From positions 2,419 to 66,418 of the forward strand of contig CAVSBJ010000018.1 in assembly GCA_963726105.1 (NCBI GenBank): a DNA stretch of 64,000 nucleotides. Direction: 5' to 3'. The number at the start of each line of letters is the position of its first letter. Position 1 is the first letter of the stretch. This DNA is from an uncultured Alphaproteobacteria bacterium. Its GTDB lineage: Bacteria > Pseudomonadota > Alphaproteobacteria > Rhizobiales > Beijerinckiaceae. Of the stretch, positions 34,847 to 45,054 are shown piece by piece. A program made the translations under genes and the position numbers. Under the pieces are notes generated by a model. It did no database searches. It had not been told where the DNA came from and saw nothing but the letters and a program-made list of their open reading frames with translations.

Positions 34847-35952
34847 GCGCGCCGCTGAAGCCGTTGCCGGCCTGGGCCGACGTCGCGCTCATCCCTCTCG
34901 TCAACGTCGCCGCGGCTTTTGTCATCTCCGGTTTCGTCGTGCTGGCGATCGGCGAGAATCCGCTTGCAGCGGTCCAAAGCCTCGTTCTTGGCGCGCTCGG
35001 CGACCTTGAAGGAATCGGCTACACACTGTTTTACGCGACGAGCTTCATCTTCACCGGGCTTTCCGTCGCGATCTGTTTCCATGCCGGTCTGTTCAACATC
35101 GGCACCGAGGGGCAGGCCTATATCGGGGGCCTCGGCGCGGCGCTTGTCGCGCTTCATTTCGGCTTCCTGCCCGGCTACACGCTCGCCATCGCGGCGATCA
35201 TAGGCGCGGCCATATTCGGCGCAGCCTTTGCGGCCATTCCCGGCTATCTGCAAGCCTATCGCGACAGCCACATCGTCATCACGACGATCATGTTCAACTA
35301 CATCGCCTCCGCCATCATGGGCTACCTGCTCGTCAACGTTCTGCGCAAGCCCGGGCAAATGAACGCCGAGACGACGCCCTTCCGCGACACGGCGCTCGTG
35401 CCGCAGTTCCACGAAGTGCTCACCCATTTCGGAATCACATGGCCGGTGACGCCGTTCAATCTGTCCTTCCTGCTTGCTCTGCTCTGTTGCCTCGCGTTCT
35501 GGCTCCTTATCTGGCGAACCCGCCTTGGTTACGAGATCCGCACGGTCGGCGCCAATCCGACCGCCGCCGTCTACGGCGGCATTTCGCCCGCTCGCGTCAC
35601 CATCATCACGACCTTGCTATCGGGCGCGCTCGCGGGCGGAGTCGCGGCCAACGTCATCCTGGGCGATCAGCACCGGCTGATCCTCGAATTCGTCGGCGGC
35701 TTCGGCTTCGTCGGCATCGCCGTCGCGCTCATGGGCCGCGCGCATCCGGTCGGCATCATCCTTGCCGCGATCCTGTTCGGCGTCCTCTATCAGGGCGGCC
35801 AGTCGCTTTCGATCGATATGCCCAAGATCAGCCGGGACATGATCGTCGTGATACAGGGCCTGGTCGTGCTCTTTGCCGGCGCGCTCGAACATATGTTCCG
35901 GCGCCCGGTCGCGACGCTGCTCGCTCGGCGCACCGCGCAACCGCCCATCTGA
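34843..35952 (+). CDS. ABC transporter permease
   Basis: 369-aa polytopic ORF. Its start overlaps the ATPase stop by 4 nt. Confidence 0.9.
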   Translation: MSAPLKPLPAWADVALIPLVNVAAAFVISGFVVLAIGENPLAAVQSLVLGALGDLEGIGYTLFYATSFIFTGLSVAICFHAGLFNIGTEGQAYIGGLGAALVALHFGFLPGYTLAIAAIIGAAIFGAAFAAIPGYLQAYRDSHIVITTIMFNYIASAIMGYLLVNVLRKPGQMNAETTPFRDTALVPQFHEVLTHFGITWPVTPFNLSFLLALLCCLAFWLLIWRTRLGYEIRTVGANPTAAVYGGISPARVTIITTLLSGALAGGVAANVILGDQHRLILEFVGGFGFVGIAVALMGRAHPVGIILAAILFGVLYQGGQSLSIDMPKISRDMIVVIQGLVVLFAGALEHMFRRPVATLLARRTAQPPI

Positions 35953-35964
35953 CGGGCGCCCGGC

Positions 35965-36936
35965 ATGGAGTGGTTCGACGCTTTTATCGTTGTCTTCGCC
36001 TCCGGCATGCGGCTCGCGATCCCGCTCATTCTTGCCTGCCTTGCGGGCTTGTGGTCGGAGCGGTCGGGAGTGGTCGATATCGGGCTTGAGGGCAAGATCC
36101 TGGTCGGCGCCTTCGGCTCCGCCGCGGTTGCGACCTTCACCGGCAGCATGTGGCTCGGACTGCTTGCCGGCGTCGCTGCGGCGATCGTTGTTTCGCTCAT
36201 TCACGGCTACGCCTCGATCGACCAGCGCGCCAACCAGATCGTCTCCGGCACGGCGATCAACATGGTGGCGGACGGCCTCACAGCGCTCATCGGCAACGCG
36301 ATCTGGTCGCAGGGCGGGCGCACGCCGCAATTGCCGGAGACCGCCCAGTTCAGGGAAATTGCGCTGCCCCTCGTCAGGCAGATCGGCGCCGTGCCGATTG
36401 TCGGACCGATCTACCAGGACTTGATCTCCGGCCACGACCTGATCGGCTACATCGCTTTCGCGATGGTCCCGATCACCTACTGGGCGCTTTACAGCACGCG
36501 CTTCGGACTGCGTCTGCGCGCGGTCGGCGAGAATCCCGCCGCTGTCGACACCGCAGGCATTTCTGTGCGCCGCCTGCGCTATAGCGCTGTCGTCATCTGC
36601 GGGGTCCTGGTCGGCTTGGCCGGCGTCTATCTCGCGCTCGGCCAGACCGGCTATTTCCAGCCGCACATGAGCGCGGGGCGAGGCTTCATCGCGCTCGCCG
36701 CGCTTGTCTTCGCCAAATGGCGACCGTGGCCGGCGCTCGCGACCTGCCTTTTGTTCGGCTTCCTCGACGCGCTGGCGATCCGCCTGCAGGGAGTCGAACT
36801 GCCGGTCATCGGCCCCGTCCCGGTGCAGGCGATCGAGGCGCTGCCTTATATTCTGACGGTCGTGTTGTTGGCGGGCTTCATCGGCAAGGCGATTCCGCCT
36901 AGGGCGTCGGGGATCCCATATGTCAAAGAGCGCTGA
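35965..36936 (+). CDS. ABC transporter permease
   Basis: 323-aa polytopic ORF immediately after the first permease. Confidence 0.9.
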   Translation: MEWFDAFIVVFASGMRLAIPLILACLAGLWSERSGVVDIGLEGKILVGAFGSAAVATFTGSMWLGLLAGVAAAIVVSLIHGYASIDQRANQIVSGTAINMVADGLTALIGNAIWSQGGRTPQLPETAQFREIALPLVRQIGAVPIVGPIYQDLISGHDLIGYIAFAMVPITYWALYSTRFGLRLRAVGENPAAVDTAGISVRRLRYSAVVICGVLVGLAGVYLALGQTGYFQPHMSAGRGFIALAALVFAKWRPWPALATCLLFGFLDALAIRLQGVELPVIGPVPVQAIEALPYILTVVLLAGFIGKAIPPRASGIPYVKER

Positions 36937-37336
36937 ATCGGGGCTTGCAGACTTGTTCGCCGCCGCCAAGGTCGCGCAGGCGAACGCCTACGCGCCCTAC
37001 TCTCGCTTCAACGTTGGCGCGGCCCTGCGTGGGCAGTCGGGGGCGATCTTTTCCGGCTGCAACGTGGAGAACGCCGCTTATCCTGAAGGATCCTGCGCGG
37101 AGGCCGCCGCGATCGCCGCTATGGCGGTCGTTGGGGAACGACGCATCGCGGAAATCCTCGTCATTGGCGATGGCGACGCTTTGTGCACGCCGTGCGGCGG
37201 CTGCCGCCAGCGCATCCGCGAATTCGCCGATCCGTCAACCTTGATCCATATCGCGGGCCCCGAGGGCGTGCGCGCGAAGTTCACCTTGAGCGAACTTCTG
37301 CCAGAGTCCTTCGGACCGGATCATCTGGCCGTGTGA
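36920..37336 (+). CDS. cdd: cytidine deaminase
   Basis: 138-aa ORF. APYSRFNVGAA, CAEAAAI and PCGGCRQ are zinc ligand motifs. It overlaps the permease end by 17 nt. Confidence 0.9.
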   Translation: MSKSAESGLADLFAAAKVAQANAYAPYSRFNVGAALRGQSGAIFSGCNVENAAYPEGSCAEAAAIAAMAVVGERRIAEILVIGDGDALCTPCGGCRQRIREFADPSTLIHIAGPEGVRAKFTLSELLPESFGPDHLAV

Positions 37337-37386
37337 CGGCGAAGCGCTCGGCGCGGCGAGGTAAAAGCCCTCTTGCGCAAACGCGC

Positions 37387-37743
37387 TCAATGAAAGCGTG
37401 GCGACTCGGCCGCCTCGGGGGAATTCTTCGACTCGAAGACATCTGCGCCCGTGGCGCCCCCGCCTGCATCGGTCAGCGCACTATAGAGCGCGCGCGCCTC
37501 TGGCGCAGGGCCGCGCCGCTCGCCGAGCGCTTCAACCCTGACCGCGACCCATCGTGGTCCTTGCGCGAAGCTCAGCACGTCGCCGCAGCGGACCGGGCGG
37601 CTCGGCTTGTCGAGCGGTGCGCGGGCTTGGCCGCGCAGGAGGCGCACGCCGCCTTCTTCGACAACACGCGCGGCCAAGCTTCTCGTCTTGAAAAAGCGGG
37701 CGCGCCAGAGCCAGACGTCGATGCGGCAGGCGTCCCCCGTCAC
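37387..37743 (-). CDS. RNA-binding S4 domain protein (Hsp15/HslR-like)
   Basis: 118-aa ORF. RIDVWLWRARFFKTRSLAARVVEEGGVRL is an S4 fold signature. Its start overlaps the helicase stop by 4 nt. Confidence 0.85.
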   Translation of the reverse strand: MTGDACRIDVWLWRARFFKTRSLAARVVEEGGVRLLRGQARAPLDKPSRPVRCGDVLSFAQGPRWVAVRVEALGERRGPAPEARALYSALTDAGGGATGADVFESKNSPEAAESPRFH

Positions 37744-40337
37744 GAGGCTGCGCGTCCGGCGGTCTGGACGCGCCTGCGTTTGCGGCGGCGCGCGCGACGC
37801 TCGGCCGGTTTCGTAAGCGCCGCAAGCGCGGCGAACGGGGTCGCCGCAGGGCCGGCTTTGAGCGTCGGTTGCTCGGACGTCGTCCTGCGGCGAAACAGAG
37901 CACGGTCGGCGCCTTCGCTCTCACGCACACGCGCAAACCCAAGGGCGCGGAGAACGTGATGCGCGTCGTCGCGCCGCCAGCCCAGATCCGCCAGCAGCGC
38001 GTCCGTGACGTTGATCGCGCCCGCGCCCTCGGGCCAAGCTGCACGCGTGAGCGCGTCAAGACGCTCGAGCTCTGCGATCGGCGCGGCAAGCTGCCCCACC
38101 GGGCGCAAACCACGCAGGGCAAGCGCTTGGGGACGGGGCGCCGGACGCGGCAGCGGATTGAGGGCGCGTGCGTCCGGCCGCCACCCGGAACTCGCAAGTT
38201 CGGCGTAAGCGAGCGCGAGCACCTGCGCCTTTGGTTCGAGAAGAGACGGCAGGTAGAGGCTGAACGCGCCAAAGCGCACCCCGAGCGCCTTGAGGGTCCG
38301 GCGCTCGTTGCGGCTGAGTAGCTTGATGCGCGCGTCTGCCGCGCGACGATCCAGCACCCCGAACTGCTCGACGAGCTGGTAGGCGAGGCCGCGCGCGAGC
38401 CCCCTCAGCCGCCCGTCCTCGATCGCCTCCTTGAGGTGCTTCAGCGCATAAAGACGCCGGCTCGCCTCGGCGGCCACGAAAGCTTCGAGGCGCCGCGCGG
38501 CGCGCTCGCGTTGCGGCTCGGCGCCAAACTCGCCAATGAGTCTCATGCGCGGCGCGAACGGCTCGCCGGCAACGATTTCGCCCGCCGCTTCCCCCCGCCA
38601 GTTCACAACGCCGCCAGGCGCGAGCCCAAAGGCCTCATCGCCCTCGCTCGCGAGCGCGCCAAGCCGGCGGGCGACCTCGGGGGCGACGACTCGCTCGACC
38701 GCGCCGCGTAGGGCGCGATTCTCGAGCGCGGTCGCGCCGCGCTCGGGCTCGAAATGGAAGCCGGCGAGCCGGCCGACCAGGTGGCCCTCCACGATCACCG
38801 ACCCATCGCCGTCGATGCCGCCCAGAATTGGGCCCGCGCGTTGATTCAAGCTGCGCAGAAGCGCGCTCGTGCGCCGGTCGACAAAGCGCTGCATCAGGGA
38901 CTGGTGGAGCGTGTCGGAGAGCCGGTCCTCGAGATTGCGCGCCCGGCCCTGCCATGTTTGCGGATCGGCAAGCCAGTCCGCGCGATTGGCGACATAGGCC
39001 AAGGTGCGCACCCGGGCGAGCCGAGACGACAGGGCGTCGATGTCGCCGTCGGTCCGGTCTAGGCTTGCGAACTGTCCCTGCATCCAGTCTTCCGGCATCC
39101 GCCGGTCCCCTTGCGTGAGGTGCTCGAACATCGTTCCGACGAGGCGCGTGTGCTCGTCCTGTGTCGTCTTGCGGAAGTCCGGCGTCTGGCAGATCTCCCA
39201 CAACCGCATCAAATTGGATCGGTCGCGCGTGCGCCGCACGATCATTTCATCGGTCGATAGCTGGCGCAGCGTCGTCTCATCCTGGCTCTCCACGGAGAGC
39301 CTCAGTCCCGGCTTGGGCGGCGACTCGGCCAGGGAGCGGATCAGTCCCTGAAGCGACTGAAAATCAAGCCGATGATTGCGCCATTCTGCGGCCATGACCG
39401 ATGGAAAGACATGGCCTTCGACGGCCGCCACGATGTCCGGGTCGAGATCAGGCGCATCGCCGGTTACGCCGAACGCGCCATCCTTCCGAAACCGACCGGC
39501 GCGCCCGGCGATCTGGGCGATCTCCTGCGAATAAAGCCCGCGCAGCCGACGCCCGTCAAATTTGCGCAATCCGGCGAACGCGACGTGGTCGACGTCCATG
39601 TTCAATCCCATCCCGATCGCGTCGGTCGCGACCAGGAAATCGACTTCCCCGGACTGGAACAGGTTGACCTGGGCATTGCGGGTGCGCGGACTGAGTGAGC
39701 CCATGACCACGGCCGCGCCCCCGCGCTGGCGGCGGATCAGCTCCGCGATGGCGTAGACCGCATCCGCGGAGAAAGCGACGACGGCGCTGCGCCGAGGCAG
39801 GCGGGTCAGCTTCTTCGGACCTGCGTAGGTGAGCTGCGATAGCCGCTCTCGGAATTGGATCTCGGCCTCGGGACCGAGGTGACGAATCAGCGAGGCGACG
39901 GTCGCCGCGCCCATGAGCATCGTCTCGGATGACCCTCGCGCATGCAGGAGCCGATGCGTGAACACGTGACCGCGCTCGGGATCGGCGCAAAGCTGGATCT
40001 CATCGACGGCGAGAAATTCAACCTTGCGGTCGAGCGGCATCGCCTCGACCGTGCAGACGAAATAGCGCGGCCTGAGCGGAATGATCTTCTCTTCGCCGGT
40101 GATCAGGGCGACCTCAGCCGCGCCCCGCGCCTTGACCACCCGATCGTAGATCTCGCGGGCGAGGAGCCTCAGCGGCAGGCCGATCATGCCCGAGGCATGT
40201 CCCAGCATGCGCTCGACCGCCAAATGAGTCTTGCCCGTGTTGGTCGGGCCCAGAACGGCGATGAGCCGCGAGGCGTCGCCCCGCGCTGGCGAGCAATTCA
40301 TGAGCGTCAATGTGGACGACGCGGGCCTGCGCCGCAA
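37740..40337 (-). CDS. helicase-related protein (Suv3-like ATP-dependent RNA helicase)
   Basis: 865-aa ORF. GPTNTGKTH (Walker A), VDEIQ and a helicase C domain (ATDAIGMGLN) are present, with a long C-terminal extension. The start may be internal (ATG 40301). Confidence 0.85.
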   Translation of the reverse strand: MRRRPASSTLTLMNCSPARGDASRLIAVLGPTNTGKTHLAVERMLGHASGMIGLPLRLLAREIYDRVVKARGAAEVALITGEEKIIPLRPRYFVCTVEAMPLDRKVEFLAVDEIQLCADPERGHVFTHRLLHARGSSETMLMGAATVASLIRHLGPEAEIQFRERLSQLTYAGPKKLTRLPRRSAVVAFSADAVYAIAELIRRQRGGAAVVMGSLSPRTRNAQVNLFQSGEVDFLVATDAIGMGLNMDVDHVAFAGLRKFDGRRLRGLYSQEIAQIAGRAGRFRKDGAFGVTGDAPDLDPDIVAAVEGHVFPSVMAAEWRNHRLDFQSLQGLIRSLAESPPKPGLRLSVESQDETTLRQLSTDEMIVRRTRDRSNLMRLWEICQTPDFRKTTQDEHTRLVGTMFEHLTQGDRRMPEDWMQGQFASLDRTDGDIDALSSRLARVRTLAYVANRADWLADPQTWQGRARNLEDRLSDTLHQSLMQRFVDRRTSALLRSLNQRAGPILGGIDGDGSVIVEGHLVGRLAGFHFEPERGATALENRALRGAVERVVAPEVARRLGALASEGDEAFGLAPGGVVNWRGEAAGEIVAGEPFAPRMRLIGEFGAEPQRERAARRLEAFVAAEASRRLYALKHLKEAIEDGRLRGLARGLAYQLVEQFGVLDRRAADARIKLLSRNERRTLKALGVRFGAFSLYLPSLLEPKAQVLALAYAELASSGWRPDARALNPLPRPAPRPQALALRGLRPVGQLAAPIAELERLDALTRAAWPEGAGAINVTDALLADLGWRRDDAHHVLRALGFARVRESEGADRALFRRRTTSEQPTLKAGPAATPFAALAALTKPAERRARRRKRRRVQTAGRAAS

Positions 40338-40368
40338 GGGCCAGCCGGGTAGTGCCTCAGTTTGAAAT

Positions 40369-40695
40369 TTAGGGGTGGTACGGGGTTCGCTTCATCGCGT
40401 AATCAGCCATATCGACACCAAGTGCGCCTAAGTTCCGAGCCTGAGAAAGGCGCACGTCTCGAATGCGAGACGCCCAATTAGTTGCGAGTACGCCAAGCGC
40501 ACTGACGATACCGCCCGAGATGGCAAATAGTGCGGCGCAGGGATCCGCTTGATAAAGCGCCTCGACTCCGCCCAAGACGGACAAGATTGCTGCGATCACG
40601 GGAAGCGCCCAGGATAAAAAGTCTACGGTCTCCGTCACCCTAGGTGGCGGCTCTTTCGGCGGAATTATCAATGGATCGTAATCAGCAATGCGCAT
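40369..40695 (-). CDS. hypothetical two-TM membrane protein (lower-GC islet)
   Basis: 108-aa ORF with hydrophobic segments FLSWALPVIAAILSVLGG and ALFAISGGIVSALGVLA. There is no clear RBS, and codon usage looks atypical. Confidence 0.45.
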   Translation of the reverse strand: MRIADYDPLIIPPKEPPPRVTETVDFLSWALPVIAAILSVLGGVEALYQADPCAALFAISGGIVSALGVLATNWASRIRDVRLSQARNLGALGVDMADYAMKRTPYHP

Positions 40696-40839
40696 GGCTT
40701 TGGCGGCGTTACCGATGACGTCGGCGGGGTGCCTCTCGCCTTTTTAGGACCTGTGGGTATCAACTCAATTACCATTGCACCATAGCAGGGAGATCAGGGC
40801 GATGCGAGCGCGCGTCAAGCTAGTGAAAGGACAAAAACT

Positions 40840-41223
40840 ATGAAATGGTTCAAAACTGCCCTCGCGACAGGGGCCGCAATGCTCGCGGGTTGCATCAGCG
40901 TTAGCGCGGACAGTGGGCCGGCGTTTTGCGTGGGCCGAACCTGCGGCCAGTACTCGATCCTGTATATGAGAGACGATGGCTCTTACGATGCCCGGAAGCT
41001 TCCATCTTCATTCTTCACACCCTTCGACCCTGTGAAAGAACCTAATAGCCACCGTGTCTCGATGTATATCGCGTGCATGTCCGAAACAGAATGCGCCAAA
41101 ACCACATCCGAATGCGCCACATCAAATGGCGTCCCCTGCATTCCTCTTCCCTGGCGTAAAGGCTGGCCCGATCCATGTGGGATCATGAGATGCGAATCCA
41201 GAATCGGCTTGCCGTTGAAATGA
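40840..41223 (+). CDS. hypothetical Cys-rich lipoprotein (lower-GC islet)
   Basis: AAGGA RBS and lipobox MLAGC. There are 9 further Cys in ~105 mature residues. No recognisable domain. Confidence 0.65.
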   Translation: MKWFKTALATGAAMLAGCISVSADSGPAFCVGRTCGQYSILYMRDDGSYDARKLPSSFFTPFDPVKEPNSHRVSMYIACMSETECAKTTSECATSNGVPCIPLPWRKGWPDPCGIMRCESRIGLPLK

Positions 41224-41442
41224 CGTGGCGACGCTAGCTCATATCGTGGCAGGCGAAATTGGGTCTGGGCCTATAAAGGCCGAGAACGCGAAGCGAGAGG
41301 CGATCAAGCCCTTATTTTTCGAACTGAGACACTACCCTCAGCCGAGGTGCGCCACTCGGAAGTGAGCCGCCGCTCTTGCCCTTGCGCGCCGAAGGCGCCA
41401 CCCTTAACCGAACACTCGCCACAGCAATTGGGGGGAAGCAGA

Positions 41443-42384
41443 ATGTATCATGGACAGGTCGAGGGCACGGACCTCGTTGCGCTGGACAAGCGCTTCGGGC
41501 AGCTCTTCGCCGGCTACATGCGTGTGACCCGGCACTGGACCGGCTCGGTCTGGGCCGAGGGTCCGGCGTGGTTCGCGGCTGGGCGCTATCTCATCTGGTC
41601 GGACATTCCCAACAACCGGATGCTGCGCTTCGTCGAGGAATCGGGCCAGGTGTCCGTCTTCCGGCAGGCCTCCAACAATTCGAACGGCAATACCGTCGAC
41701 AACCAGGGCCGGCTGGTCACCTGTGAACATCTGACGCGCCGCGTGACCCGCACCGAGTACGACGGCTCGATCAAGGTGCTCGCGGACAAGTGGGAGGGCA
41801 AGCGTTTCAACTCGCCGAACGACGCGGTCGTGAAGTCGGACGACTCGATCTGGTTCACCGACCCAGCCTACGGCATCGACGGCGACAACGAGGGCGACCC
41901 GGCGACGCCCGAGATTAACGGCTGCTACGTCTATCGCATCGATCCGACGAGCGGCGCGATCACGAAGCTCGTCGACAATATGGTCCGGCCCAATGGCATC
42001 GCTTTCTCGCCCGACGAGAAGCTGCTCTACGTCGCCGACACTGGCGCGACGCACAAAGGAAATACGCCACGGGCGATCCGCCGCTACACCATCAACGCGG
42101 ACGGCAAGAGCGTGAAGGGCCCGGGCGAAATTTTCTGTGAATTGGCCGCGGAGGACGGAATGTACGACGGCTTCCGCGTCGATCGGTCCGGACGCATTTG
42201 GACGAGCACCGGCAAGGGCGTCTATTGCTACGAACCGGATGGAAAGCTGATCGGCAAGATCCTGATCCCCGAGATCGTCGCCAACGTGACTTTCGGCGGC
42301 CCGAAGCGCAACCGCCTCTATATCTGCGGCACGACGTCGCTCTATTCGGTCCTCCTGATGACCAACGGGTCGAAGCTCGGCTGA
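41443..42384 (+). CDS. SMP-30/gluconolactonase/LRE family protein
   Basis: GGGGGAAG RBS before ATG 41443. [26 protein letters not shown] and [10 protein letters not shown] are beta-propeller blades. Confidence 0.9.
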   Translation: MYHGQVEGTDLVALDKRFGQLFAGYMRVTRHWTGSVWAEGPAWFAAGRYLIWSDIPNNRMLRFVEESGQVSVFRQASNNSNGNTVDNQGRLVTCEHLTRRVTRTEYDGSIKVLADKWEGKRFNSPNDAVVKSDDSIWFTDPAYGIDGDNEGDPATPEINGCYVYRIDPTSGAITKLVDNMVRPNGIAFSPDEKLLYVADTGATHKGNTPRAIRRYTINADGKSVKGPGEIFCELAAEDGMYDGFRVDRSGRIWTSTGKGVYCYEPDGKLIGKILIPEIVANVTFGGPKRNRLYICGTTSLYSVLLMTNGSKLG

Positions 42385-42478
42385 AGCGATGGCGCTCGCT
42401 GTCTTCGGAAAGGCCGGACAGGTCACACGGTCCGCCTTTGACCCGGTTGCGGCTCAGAACACGCGGAGACCACGGACG

Positions 42479-43255
42479 ATGGAGCTTGGCCTCAAAAGTA
42501 AAGTCGTGCTCGTCACCGGCGGCTCGAAGGGGATCGGGCTTGCCTGCGCCTTGGGCTTCGCCGCCGAAGGCGCCCGAATCGCCATTTGTTCGCGCTCCCG
42601 CGAAAATATCGACAAAGCCAGCGCCCAGCTCAATGGGGCGTTTGGCGTTATCGCCGATCTCGTGGACGCCGTGGCGGCGGAGAGGGTTGTCGAAACGGTT
42701 GAAGATCGGCTCGGACCGATCGACATCCTGGTGAATTCGGCCGGCGCGGCGAAGCGCACGCCGCCGGATGACTTGAACCCGGTGGTTTGGCGGGAAGCGT
42801 TTGACGCCAAGTTCTTCTCTTACATCAATGTCATCGATCCCGTCGTCAAGCGCATGGCCAAGCGAGGGAGCGGGGTCATCGTCAGCATCATCGGAGGCGG
42901 TGGCAAGGTCGCGTCGTCGATCCATCTCGCCGGCGGATCGGCCAACGCCGCCCTGATGCTGGCCACCGCCGGGCTCGGCGCGACCTACGCCGGCAAGGGC
43001 GTTCGCGTCGTCGGCGTCAGTCCGAGTCTGACGGAGACGGACCGGGTGGCTGAGGGGCTCGCGGCCGATGCTCGGCTTGCCAATATCTCGGTGGAGGAAG
43101 CGCGACGCCGCAGCGTCGCGCGAATCCCACTCGGTCGCATGGCCTCGCCGGGAGAGATCGCCGACGCGGTTCTCTTCCTCGCCTCGGCGAAGGCGAGCTA
43201 CATCACGGGCGTCACCCTATCCATGGAGGGTGGCCAGAATCCGATCGTGGTCTGA
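42479..43255 (+). CDS. SDR family oxidoreductase
   Basis: ATG 42479 gives [14 protein letters not shown] (TGxxxGxG). NSAG and the active-site region are present. The tracked ORF starts at 42389. Confidence 0.9.
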   Translation: MELGLKSKVVLVTGGSKGIGLACALGFAAEGARIAICSRSRENIDKASAQLNGAFGVIADLVDAVAAERVVETVEDRLGPIDILVNSAGAAKRTPPDDLNPVVWREAFDAKFFSYINVIDPVVKRMAKRGSGVIVSIIGGGGKVASSIHLAGGSANAALMLATAGLGATYAGKGVRVVGVSPSLTETDRVAEGLAADARLANISVEEARRRSVARIPLGRMASPGEIADAVLFLASAKASYITGVTLSMEGGQNPIVV

Positions 43256-43349
43256 TGGCGGTCCCTCCGCCTCTCTTGGCGGCGGCGGGGGCTGAACAGC
43301 AAGTTGGGTCAATGGTCCCGCTGCCGGCCGCTGCTACCGGAAACCCAAC

Positions 43350-44249
43350 TCAGTGCGCCCCACCGCTGCTGCTCGTGCCACCGGCGGCTTGGGTCCGTCG
43401 GATTCCAGCCGAATTCCTTGGCCCCCCGCCGAAGAAAGCCAAAAGGAGCTCAGGCAAGTTCGGGGCTGCCCACCGAGTCGCATGGCGTTTTGGCTCAAAC
43501 CCGCGGGAAGGGAGAGTCGAGCGGAGCCTTTTTGAAGGTTCGTTCGTTCGCATTCTCGGCGGCGGTAAAGGGGGCGTCAAAGCAACCGGTCCCGGAAGGA
43601 CGCTTGAAGACGCATCTTGAGCAGCGTCGGCGGGGGCCGCTGGGGCCTTGTCGTCCAGCCGCTTGGCTACGCTGAGGAGTTGCGGCCGCAACTTCTCGCA
43701 ACGCAACTCAATTAAGAGCCGAATGACGCCGTCGCTTGTCGGGCTGTCGGATAATCGCTGCAAACGGTCTTCGTCTCCTCTGCAGATCTCATCGGACGCA
43801 ACTGTCGCGGCGTCGGGCCCGGTCGATGGCAGGGGAGGACGGATGTTCCCGCTCGGAATCGTTGTATCAGCCGCGCCAGTGTCCGGCGCCTGCGCGGCCA
43901 TCGGCGCGGCGGGTGTCACGGGCGTAGCCAGTTTGTCAAGCTCCGCGCGGGCGGATTGCGCGTGGGGTCCGCCCGGATGTGCGGTTAAGAACGAGCGCCA
44001 TCCTTCAGTCGACTTTGTCCGTTGGGCAATTCGATAGTCCAAATCTTCGTCGACGTTCGCCGCGGCGATTGGATCAACCGGAGAAACCTCGGCATTCGGC
44101 TTTGCGTAAGCCAGGGACTTGCTGATCATGACGCTGATGTCGTCGAACCATCGAAGCTTCGCTATCTCTCCGAGGCTCGGCCGCGCGTACAGATACGCCG
44201 CTGGAACTGCCAACGCCAAAAAAAGCATGTATTTCCTAAGATTAGGCAT
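43350..44249 (-). CDS. hypothetical secreted/anchored Pro/Ala-rich protein
   Basis: 299-aa ORF with an N-terminal hydrophobic segment YMLFLALAVPAAYLY and a WRSFLTAHPGGPHAQSARAEL motif. No domain recognised. Confidence 0.55.
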   Translation of the reverse strand: MPNLRKYMLFLALAVPAAYLYARPSLGEIAKLRWFDDISVMISKSLAYAKPNAEVSPVDPIAAANVDEDLDYRIAQRTKSTEGWRSFLTAHPGGPHAQSARAELDKLATPVTPAAPMAAQAPDTGAADTTIPSGNIRPPLPSTGPDAATVASDEICRGDEDRLQRLSDSPTSDGVIRLLIELRCEKLRPQLLSVAKRLDDKAPAAPADAAQDASSSVLPGPVALTPPLPPPRMRTNEPSKRLRSTLPSRGFEPKRHATRWAAPNLPELLLAFFGGGPRNSAGIRRTQAAGGTSSSGGAH

Positions 44250-44461
44250 GCGCTACCCCGCTAACCACGTGGCGGCGCATTGGTCAATTCATGTCTTTCA
44301 ACAAGATTCGGGCGCTGTAAGCCGGAAGGGAGGCGGGCTTGTCTTACGGCCGTCGCCGTGGGACGGGCGCAGCGGGCGATTGGGCGCCAAATGGTTGAAC
44401 CCGCCGTTCCGTGGCTGGGATTCTAGTGAAGCGCTAGATTTCCGCGGACTGCTTTGGCGGA

Positions 44462-44485
44462 GTGTCAGCCGCGACCGGCTGACAC
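44462..44485 (-). terminator. perfect 10-bp-stem hairpin downstream of hisE
   Basis: GTGTCAGCCG-CGAC-CGGCTGACAC lies 32 nt after the hisE stop and has no U-tract. Confidence 0.45.
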
Positions 44486-44516
44486 GTCAGTTTCTGACCA
44501 AGTCGTCGCCAGGCGA

Positions 44517-44888
44517 TCAGGAGGCCCTCCGGCGGGCGGCCCAGGGCGCCATGCGCCGGATCTGAGCCACGCTTGCCTGCTTAGGGAGTTTTTCAGCGAT
44601 GCCGTAGACGCGCTCACGGCGATCGATTTCCCCCATCACGTCGGCTGGAGAAACGCCGCATTCCGCCCAAATGACGGCCAAATGATAGAAGACGTCGGCG
44701 CTCTCCAGGATCACCAATTCACGGTTCATCTGCACCGCGTCGAGCCCAACCTCGATCGCCTCCTCGACCAGCTTCTTGGCCATTTTCTGCACCCCGTCAC
44801 GGAATAGCTTGGAGGTGCGGGACGCCGAAGGACTGCGGTTCCGGGCTTCCTGGACATCGGCGAAAAGCCTGTCGAGCAAATCAGTCAT
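44517..44888 (-). CDS. hisE: phosphoribosyl-ATP diphosphatase
   Basis: 123-aa ORF. KMAKKLVEEAIEV and ESADVFYHLAVIW are typical HisE helices. It has a C-terminal extension. Confidence 0.85.
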   Translation of the reverse strand: MTDLLDRLFADVQEARNRSPSASRTSKLFRDGVQKMAKKLVEEAIEVGLDAVQMNRELVILESADVFYHLAVIWAECGVSPADVMGEIDRRERVYGIAEKLPKQASVAQIRRMAPWAARRRAS

Positions 44889-45054
44889 GCGTTCGGATTA
44901 TCCTTATTCAAAACCAGATAATGCCGGACAAGAGTTCACGCACTGTGACAAAACGACTGAACCGAAAAATTTTTTTGCAAAAACCTGGGGATGAGTTGCG
45001 GACCCGTCCCTTCGGCGGGCCGGTGTGACAGCAATCTGGACCGGACACGCCCAT

